From assembly GCF_965212735.1 (NCBI RefSeq), contig NZ_CBDBYJ010000003.1:102099-118997 (forward strand): DNA of 16,899 nt, read 5' to 3'. Shown here one piece after another: positions 10,214 to 16,899 of the stretch. Made by a program: the position numbers and the translations under genes. Source of the DNA: Mycoplasma todarodis (lineage in GTDB: Bacteria > Bacillota_I > Bacilli_A > Mycoplasmatales > Metamycoplasmataceae). The notes under the pieces are model-generated. The model was not told where the DNA came from. It saw nothing but the letters and a program-made list of their open reading frames with translations, and searched no databases. Numbering within the stretch: the stretch's first letter is position 1; each line of letters opens with the position of its first letter.

Positions 10214-10240
10214 TTAGCACTCTACACTTGCGAGTGCTAA
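10214..10240 (-). promoter_or_regulatory. CIRCE element (HrcA operator) upstream of clpB
   Basis: TTAGCACTC-N9-GAGTGCTAA, exact match to the CIRCE consensus, overlapping the clpB -35 region. Confidence 0.96.
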
Positions 10241-10275
10241 TTATTATTTATCGTCGTTATTTAGTCGTATAAGCA

Positions 10276-10302
10276 TTAAAAAACCACCTTTTCAGGTAGT
10301 TT
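10276..10302 (-). terminator. Terminator of the SHOCT-like membrane protein gene
   Basis: Minus strand AACTACCT-GAAA-AGGTGGTTTTTT with one G-U pair. Confidence 0.75.
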
Positions 10303-10316
10303 TAAAAGTTAGAATT

Positions 10317-11030
10317 TTATTTCTTAACTTCTTCTTTTGTTGTTTCTTCCTTTACTTCTTCAACTTTTTTAGTTTCTTTTGGTTCTTTTGATGGCTCTTC
10401 AATTGGTTCTTCTAATACAACCTCTTGTCCATTAGAATCCATAAGTTTAATTTCTTTTGTTTCTGTTTTAAGAATTCTTGTTACTCTCTCTTTAAGTTCT
10501 TGGTATTCCGCTTTCTTTAGGAATCCATTTTCATTTAAGTATTCAACTTGTTTCATTGCTTCTGATTTTGATGGTTTGGTTGCTGTGACTGTTTTGAATG
10601 CAAGTAGCACCATACCGAAGTTAATTAGACAACCGAAGTTAATTAATCATGGTCATATTGATCACACGTGTGTGATATCTAATATAGCCATCACAAACAT
10701 CACGACAGAAATAATTAATGTTGTAACAAATGAAATAGTAACAATCTTTTTGGCTGATTTGTTTAGTTTCAATGAGAAGAATACGATTGCCATTACAAGT
10801 ATCAATACTGATATAGCTATTAGTATTCCTCCTGTTGCTGCAGAACCTTTATCTCCTATGTTAATAAGGTTGTCTGCATCTACATTTATCCCTTTTGTAT
10901 TTACGCCCCCTCTTGCGCTGTATCCCTTACCGGCAACAAATACAAAGATTGCTCCGAGGAATATTGTAACCATAGCTAAAATTCATAAAATGAAGTTAGT
11001 TATTATTAGTAATTTTGTTTTTTTATTCAT
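10317..11030 (-). CDS. Membrane protein with about 4 TM segments and a SHOCT-like helical segment before an acidic Lys/Glu-rich tail (237 aa)
   Basis: ORFs 10317..10613 and 10662..10973 join in frame via TGA=Trp (THVWSIWPWLINFGCLINFGMVLLAF). N-terminus MNKKTKLLIITNFILWILAMVTIFLGAIF; QVEYLNENGFLKKAEYQELKERVTRIL resembles SHOCT; terminator follows. Confidence 0.8.
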
Positions 11031-11066
11031 ACTCTAATTATACATTATTAGTCATATAATACTATT

Positions 11067-11729
11067 ATGAGACCATTAACATTAGAGGTAATAGCACAAA
11101 GCGTAGAAGACGTAAAAGCTATAAATAAATCAAAAGCAAATCGTATTGAATTATGTTCAAACTTAGAGGTGGGTGGCTACACTCCAAATATAGAATTAAT
11201 AAAAGAAGCTACTGAAATTTCTAAGATACCAGTTATGGTTATAGTTCGTAATCATTCTGATAATTTCGAAATAAATGATGAACAGCTTAATCAGATTATT
11301 AAACAAATAAAAGAGATAAATAAAACAAAAGCTCACGGTATTGTTTTTGGGGCAATCTTGAACAATAAAGTAAACAAGAAAGCCCTTGAAACAATAATAA
11401 ACACTGTTGAAAACAAGGAAATTACATTTCACAAGGCATTTGATTATGTAGATGATAAAGAGTCTGAATCTTCTTATTTACACGAGCAAGGAGTTAATAG
11501 AATTTTAACTTCAGGTAGAAAAGGTAACCCTATTAATTTCTTAAAAGAATTAAAAGAAACAAACGAATCTGGAATAGAAGTTCTAATAGGTGGCGGAGTG
11601 ACAATTGATAATAAAGACACCTTAATTAAAAATGGTTTTAAAAACATCCACATAGGTCGAGCTGCAAGAAAAAACAATTCTTGAGACTGTGATATTGATA
11701 TCGAAAAAATAAACGAGTTTACAATTTAA
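11067..11729 (+). CDS. cutC: CutC family protein (copper homeostasis protein CutC-like TIM barrel, 220 aa)
   Basis: LEVIAQSVEDVKAINKSKANRIELCSNLEVGGYTPN, VMVIVRNHSDNF, ITFHKAFDYVDD, GVNRILTSGRKG, IEVLIGGGVT, HIGRAARK. Extended through TGA (NNSWDCDIDIEKINEFTI-TAA). Confidence 0.93.
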
Positions 11730-11789
11730 CTCATTATCTAATTCATTTCTTTGATAATATTCACAACCTTATTTCAATAGTAAAAAAAT

Positions 11790-11825
11790 AAAAAAAGAAA
11801 TAACATCTCACCGATGTTATTTTTG
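11790..11825. terminator. Strong bidirectional terminator overlapping the end of the 100-aa ORF
   Basis: AAATAACATC-TCACC-GATGTTATTT perfect 10-bp stem (11798-11807 / 11813-11822) with flanking A and T runs. Confidence 0.85.
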
Positions 11826-12119
11826 TACTTTTTTAACTACTTCAATTCATCCATCATAACGATCTTTTTGAATCTTCATGTTTCCATAAATATCTCCACC
11901 TAAAACAAATTGTTTTGTGATTGAATATCTAATTCCGTTTACTTCACCTTTAGTCACATCACCAATCGCATCGATTGATTTTTTAGATAATAGCATTCTG
12001 TTCTCAGGAACATGTGCTCCACCTTTTTCTTTTGGTCAAATATATGTGCCTGTTGGTTCACCTTCATTGCCGAAGCAATCAATGTTTTCAAACCTATCTC
12101 AACTTCATGTTTTCTTCAT
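11817..12119 (-). CDS. Hypothetical protein (100 aa)
   Basis: MKKTWSWDRFENIDCFGNEGEPTGTYIWPKEKGGAHVPENRMLLSKKSIDAIGDVTKGEVNGIRYSITKQFVLGGDIYGNMKIQKDRYDGWIEVVKKVQK-TAA (TGA=Trp). RBS AAGGAG overlaps the upstream stop. Confidence 0.8.
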
Positions 12120-12121
12120 AA

Positions 12122-12640
12122 TTACTCCTTAGTCTTCTTCATAAGTTCAAGTGTGTGTTTCGCATCACTCAATCCACGGTGATCTTCTTTTGTAGCTAAA
12201 TCTAGATCAATGATTAATGATTCTAATTTATAAGTTTTTCTATTAGGTCATTTTTGTTTGAATAACTTGATTGTGTCAAATCATTCTGTTTCAATATAAT
12301 CAATTGAATGCTTCATAAGATTTGTTCTAATGAAACCTTTATCAAATGGTGCATAGTGTGCATAGACATTTAGGTCACCAGCAAATTCTTTAAGTAATTT
12401 AAGCGCCATACTTAATGGAATACCACTTTCTTCAAGCATAGAATTAGTAATACCTGTTAAGTTTGTGATGAATGGTGGAACGTTACGTTCAATTTCAATT
12501 AAATATTCAAATGTATCAATGATTTCCATTGTTTGTCCATTTACTTTAATAGCAGCAATTTCTATAATGTCTTCTGTTTTTGGTGATAGTCCTGTTGTTT
12601 CAATATCTAGAACTAAAAAATCTTTTCCGTTGTTAATCAT
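12122..12640 (-). CDS. DEDDh 3'-5' exonuclease, DnaQ/PolC epsilon-like (172 aa)
   Basis: FLVLDIETTGLSP (Exo I), NVYAHYAPFDKGFI (Exo II), HRGLSDAKHTLELM (Exo III, H-x4-D); TGA=Trp read-through at 12278; start MINNGKDF with AAGGGG RBS. Confidence 0.9.
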
Positions 12641-12665
12641 ATTTGACCCCTTTATTGTTAAGTTA

Positions 12666-12671
12666 ATTATA
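12666..12671 (-). promoter_or_regulatory. -10 box (TATAAT) of the exonuclease/100-aa operon
   Basis: Minus strand TTTTTGTTTATAATTAAC about 25 nt upstream of the ATG. Confidence 0.5.
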
Positions 12672-12699
12672 AACAAAAAGCACCCCATAACCCCTAGAT

Positions 12700-12726
12700 A
12701 TAAAAAAACACAGCTTTTGCCGTGTT
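12700..12726 (-). terminator. Intrinsic terminator on the minus strand, 240 nt past the nearest gene
   Basis: Minus strand AACACGGC-AAAA-GCTGTGTTTTTTTA; 8-bp stem with one G-U pair. Confidence 0.7.
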
Positions 12727-12947
12727 AATACGTTTCACTTTCTCTCTAAATCATCTTAAGAAAATACAAAATAAACTAATAAGGAGTTATAAACGACCAT
12801 CAACGATTTTGAAGGCTTGATTTAAAAAATGTTATTTTCCTAAAATGAAAAAGTGCAACGTGCCAATGCATTCAATCAAAATTGGCACATTTTTATTATA
12901 CACTTTTTTGTATATACAAGTTATATTATATAAAGTAATTTGCATAG

Positions 12948-12970
12948 AAAAAAGCACTCTTAAAGTGCTT
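12948..12970 (-). terminator. Terminator immediately after the 363-aa gene
   Basis: Minus strand AAGCACT-TTAAG-AGTGCTTTTTTT; overlaps the stop codon. Confidence 0.8.
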
Positions 12971-14060
12971 ATAAATCTCCAAGTAATTCATTCATGAAAT
13001 CTTCATCAAGTTCTTGAGTAACAATTTCTTTTTGTTCAGGTATTTTAGTTTCTCTATCATCTTCTTTAATAATAGGATCATTATATGTAACTTCTTCTAC
13101 CTCGATAATGTCTTCAACACTTTGTTGAACCAATGTATTTGAATTAAGCAATTCTTCCATGAAATCTTCATCAAGTGATTGATTATGTAGCTTTGTTTCT
13201 TCATTAAATAATGTTATTTTCTTTGGTTTAGCAACTCTTTTTGGTTGAATTCCTGCTTTTTCTTCAAGACCAACAGAATTCAATAGTTCATTAGCATACT
13301 TATCATCGTAGTTTCGATTGTGTAACTTTGTTTCTTTGTTTACTACCACTCTCTTTTTAGGTTGTGGTTTTGTTTTAACTGGTTCTGCACGTTTTGTTAC
13401 AAAGTCATCAGTCTTATCTAGTCCTCACGCTTTTAATAATTCTTGAGAATATTTTTCATCTAATTTTTCAGAATAAACTTCTTTATCTGGTTGTTTAGTA
13501 CGTTTAACTTTTTTATAAGTTTTTTCTGTTTTCTTCTGTTCTGGCATTCTATCTTTGATAAGTCCAAATTCTTTTTCAAAATCATTAAAGAATTCTTCAG
13601 AAGATTTACCCTTGAATAATGAATCCTTTAATATTTGTTCAACTTGTTCTAGTTTTGATTCTTCTTTATATTCTTTTTTCATGAATTCTACAAATCTTGA
13701 AGTTGAATTTATGAATGCAGTTAATAATAAATAGTTTTTGTCATCACTTGTATTTGTAAAAGCTAAAGTCATATCAACTTCTCCAAATGCAATATTAGCA
13801 ATAAAGATTTTTTCATTTTTATAAGTTACAAATGTTTTTGTTGTTCCATAAATAACTGATCTTATAAATTGAGCGTATTCAACTTTTTCTTTATTAAGTT
13901 CTAATCTTTCATTAAGTCTTGAATGAGCGTGATCTGTTAAAAATACACTTTTATCTCCGAATTTTTCTTTTGATTCAATTCTTAATGAACTCGATGGCAT
14001 TACTTGTTCTGTAAATTTATTTACGATGTGGCTTGTTAGTTTTAATTGGTTAAGAGTCAT
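12969..14060 (-). CDS. Hypothetical 363-aa protein with four copies of an acidic short linear motif in the C-terminal half
   Basis: ORFs 12969..13349 and 13425..14060 are in one frame, joined through TGA (ELLKAWGLDKTDD...). Coding quality good; TATAAT 7 nt before ATG; terminator follows. Confidence 0.85.
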
Positions 14061-14067
14061 ATGTACT

Positions 14068-14073
14068 ATTATA
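14068..14073 (-). promoter_or_regulatory. -10 box (TATAAT) 7 nt from the ATG, leaderless architecture
   Basis: Minus strand AAAATG-TATAAT-AGTACAT-ATG; no SD possible between box and start. Confidence 0.55.
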
Positions 14074-14302
14074 CATTTTTACTAGCGCCCACTTGAAATG
14101 AGTAATAAAAAACGAATCACGTATGACTCGCATTATTATTTAATATTAGTACAAGAAGAGTGCCACGTCCTCTGAATACTATTTATACGTTAAAGAAATG
14201 AATTGCACTTCTGCCAGAAAGTGCGTGTATTTGTTAATTTTATCTTTGTGAGGTTAAAATTCCTCACGTTTGCTTATATTGAGATAATATACTCAGCTTT
14301 TG

Positions 14303-14339
14303 ATTCAACTTTATTTTTGTGGAAGACAAAAAGTTGAAT
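14303..14339. other. Long imperfect hairpin in a non-coding region
   Basis: ATTCAAC(TTTA)TTTTTGT-GGAAG-ACAAAAAGTTGAAT: 14 paired bases interrupted by a 4-nt bulge. Confidence 0.55.
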
Positions 14340-14910
14340 TTCTTCAAATGGTGAGAAATGAAAAATCATCATAAGAACGATCATAATGCATTTTATGGAT
14401 GTTTTCAGTAACAAAGTATCATGCCATATATTTGCATTATCTTTTTATAAACCAGTGCCTTCCGATTGAATTATACCCTTAAAATTATTTTTATTTTTCG
14501 AGGCCATTTTTTTCAAAAAGCCCACAGAATTAACCTATTACGGGTTTTAACGCTTTCAAAAAAGCACATTTTTTTAAGGCCACCCTATATAAAATAACAT
14601 TTTTGTATAACTGTTCACTTATATAAGAATTTATGCAGAGAAAAAACTTATTTTTACTGAATTTAAACATAATGCCTCATTTGTCCTAAAATTCGCCATT
14701 TCATTTTTTAAAGGTATTAGTGCTTTTTCCTACTCTTTTTATAAAAAACAAGGCCCAATTTTGAAAACAACCTGTGTACTCAGGTGCTATTTTTTTATAA
14801 CTTAGGAAAAAAATAGGAAAAAACATACTTATTAGGTCAAAAAATGCATTTTTATTTTTGGGGGTACCTCCCACCCCATAATTTCATGGTTTTTCTTGTA
14901 AAAAGCACCA

Positions 14911-14916
14911 TATAAT
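14911..14916 (+). promoter_or_regulatory. Candidate -10 box upstream of the structured leader and 49-aa ORF
   Basis: Exact TATAAT in CACCATATAATTTAG; no convincing -35. Confidence 0.35.
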
Positions 14917-14957
14917 TTAGTTGTCCTAGATTTACATGTAGGATGTTCGGATGATTA

Positions 14958-15022
14958 TTAAAAGATATGTGTTAGCTCTACTTAGGAATTGAGCTGATGG
15001 AAGTTCATAAAATATCTTTTAA
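14958..15022 (+). other. Nested hairpin structure spanning the start of the 49-aa ORF
   Basis: Outer stem TTAAAAGATAT (14958-14968) / ATATCTTTTAA (15012-15022), perfect 11 bp; inner stem TTAGCTC / GAGCTGA (one G-U) whose loop holds TTAGGAATT. Confidence 0.55.
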
Positions 15023-15146
15023 AAATAAATATGGAAAAAACTCTTTTCGATCCATATTTGAAGTTGTCAAGTTTAATGATAAATGCAAGTCTATTGTTGA
15101 GCGTGGGGAACGTACCCCTCGATTATTTAAAGAAACGTTTAAATAA
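14997..15146 (+). CDS. Possible small protein (49 aa)
   Basis: ATG...TAA: MEVHKISFKNKYGKNSFRSIFEVVKFNDKCKSIVERGERTPRLFKETFK; AGGA 9 nt upstream; candidate TATAAT upstream. No homology available to me. Confidence 0.4.
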   Translation: MEVHKISFKNKYGKNSFRSIFEVVKFNDKCKSIVERGERTPRLFKETFK

Positions 15147-15451
15147 TTCGCCTAATAATTAATACAACTAATTAGTATTAATTAAATAAAACGATTATGA
15201 GCAACGCACTGAGAATATTATTAACACAGTAATTTATTAATCTAAATGTTTACACCTAACTAAGAACATACACCTGGATTATCAATATATTAAAATGCAC
15301 GATTTATTTTGCTAATTAGTTTCGCCATTGATTAGCATTCGCCAACTTAAAAAATGCAGTTGTTTTAGAATCAAATTACTTGTGACGAGTAACGCTAAAT
15401 ACTTTTATTTTAAAAAAACTTTTATATAACACGGTGAATTAATCACCACTT

Positions 15452-15485
15452 AAAAAGAACATAATGATTATTGTTCTTTTTTTTA
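15452..15485. terminator. Bidirectional terminator in the gene-poor region
   Basis: AAAAAGAACA-TAATGATTAT-TGTTCTTTTT perfect 10-bp stem plus T run. Confidence 0.75.
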
Positions 15486-15624
15486 TAACCTTTTTTAGCA
15501 TAGAACCTTATTTATTAATGCTTATTATTCTTTTTAAGGGGTAAAGTTATATTCAATGGGAAAATATATGTTTTGTTTGCACTCCCCTGTTAAAAGGCTT
15601 ATTTTAAACAAAGATAGGCCATAT

Positions 15625-15652
15625 TAAAAAGAACTCAAGTGAGTTCCTTTTA
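15625..15652. terminator. Terminator downstream of the permease gene
   Basis: AAAAAGAACTC-AAGT-GAGTTCCTTTT, stem with flanking A/T runs. Confidence 0.75.
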
Positions 15653-15658
15653 TTTTTC

Positions 15659-16899
15659 TTATTTAAAGTCTCTTCCTAAGTATTTATAAACTACTAGACC
15701 AGCAAGAGATATAGCAATGATTGATCATACAACGTATACAATCACAGGTTTAACTCATGGTGTTTCTGTGTAGTAAGTTAATCTTAAGTCTGATTCATAT
15801 AGACCCATTTTAACTAGAGCTTCTGGTTTTTGTCATAAAGCACTATTAAATGCTGAAGAATCGTCTTTGAATTTTTTAACAAGTAAATAGTTGAAAGCAG
15901 GGATTTTTTCTAAGTTAGTATTATCATCTGTGTTTTCTGTTCATGAGAATCCTATTTTACTCATATTAATTACTAATCCACTAATTGCTTTGTCATATGT
16001 ATCTCAAGTATTGCTTCCTGTTCATATTGCTGGGTTACTGTAAATCTTATTAGCATCCTGAATATTGTTAGCAATTGTTTTACCACTTGAGTTTTTACTT
16101 CTGAACCCTTCTGGTTTAAAGTAAAGTAAACTATAGTCTTTACCATTTATGTTAACTTGCATCGCATTATTTGTAAAGTTATCATCTGAGTTTGATTTTC
16201 AATCAGTTACATTAATTAATGAAACATTTTTTGTTTGGAATGCTGAATAGAATTTGATAAGTTGTTGATAAACATCTATGTAAGCAACATATTTATATCA
16301 ACCTTTATCTTGTTCTTCGATTGCAGCTTTAAGAGTTACACCATCTTGGTCATAAACTCTTCCACTATTGTATGTTGTTGTTCCATCCGCTTTAATAGCT
16401 ATTACATTTTCTTGTCTTGCACCTGAAGAAATTTGTCCATTACCTAAAGGTGAAAGAATAAATGATGTAATAGAGAATACAAATGGAATAAGTATTGCTG
16501 TAACTAATGTCGCAATCTTACCGAATGAAGATGCTACAAATGTTATAACTGAAGACATGATCATTGTGATGATTAAGTTCCCTATAAATAAAGAACCTGC
16601 AAATTTTATCTTTTGAGTACCATTTGCGTTTGTATCTGCTAATGATATTATGATTCCAAGTAGAAAGATGAATACTGAAAAGAATAATATGTGTGCATAT
16701 AGAGCAAGGAATTTACCAACGATGATTTTAATTCTTTTTATTGGTTTGGCAACGATTATTAATTCTGTACCATCTTCTTCTCCATCTTTAAAAATTGTGA
16801 TTGCTTTTGTGGCTACATACAATGGACCAAATACAAATGGGAATAAGTAGTAGTAAGCTAATAGTCCATCAATAACTGCAGCATCTGATTCATTATTTG
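15659..16899 (-). CDS. ABC-type (ABC-2-like) permease subunit, N-terminus beyond window edge
   Basis: ATKAITIFKDGEEDGTELIIVAKPIKRIKIIVGKFLALYAHILFFSVFIFLLGIIISL (typical ABC-2 permease TM/loop pattern), several TM segments, a large extracytoplasmic region rich in YNS/KDY, final TM PVIVYVVWSIIAISLAGLVVYKYLGRDFK-TAA; read through several TGA=Trp. Confidence 0.8.

Noticed and set aside
10576-11037. Plus-strand 153-aa ORF with many Thr/Ile
   Set aside because: Antisense shadow of the membrane protein gene, which has an in-frame promoter/terminator and hydrophobic TM pattern.
12860-12900. Tiny ORF after TATAAT-AAAA-ATG (MCQFWLNALARCTFSF)
   Set aside because: Only 16 codons and it coincides with the GTGCCAAT/ATTGGCAC stem; more likely RNA structure than coding.
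7624-14915. Word AAAAAGCACC near 7624, 12675 and 14900 as a dispersed repeat
   Set aside because: Only about 10 nt shared and A-rich; some copies look like terminator-type poly-A/GCAC sequences, so chance is a sufficient explanation.
14061-15624. CRISPR array, origin of replication or mobile element in the long intergenic region
   Set aside because: No regular direct repeats and spacers, no cluster of DnaA boxes (only an isolated TTATACACA at 7556-7564 elsewhere), no transposase/integrase remnants recognisable.

Overview
AT-rich window that reads as a Mollicute (mycoplasma-type) chromosome. UGA is used as Trp: most genes appear in the supplied ORF track as same-frame fragments split only at TGA, and I merged them. 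Supported genes, mostly on the minus strand: partial deoxynucleoside kinase; a lipoprotein; topA; a 56-aa small protein (+); dprA; a secreted/anchored seven-repeat propeller-like surface protein; a cold-shock protein; clpB (form lacking the N-domain) with a CIRCE operator; a 4-TM membrane protein with a SHOCT-like tail; cutC (+); a 100-aa hypothetical protein; a DEDDh 3'-5' exonuclease; a 363-aa protein with a four-copy acidic C-terminal motif; and a partial ABC-type permease. Many intrinsic terminators are visible. I see no CRISPR, tRNA, rRNA or mobile element. The parts worth a second look are long non-coding stretches with internal structure (about 7.3-7.95 kb, 12.7-12.95 kb, 14.1-15.6 kb), including a structured leader plus a 49-codon ORF at 14.9-15.15 kb. 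Others are the seven-repeat surface protein, the repeated short-linear-motif protein, and genes whose TATAAT box sits only 6-7 nt from ATG (probable leaderless mRNAs). I cannot show that any of these is a new system.
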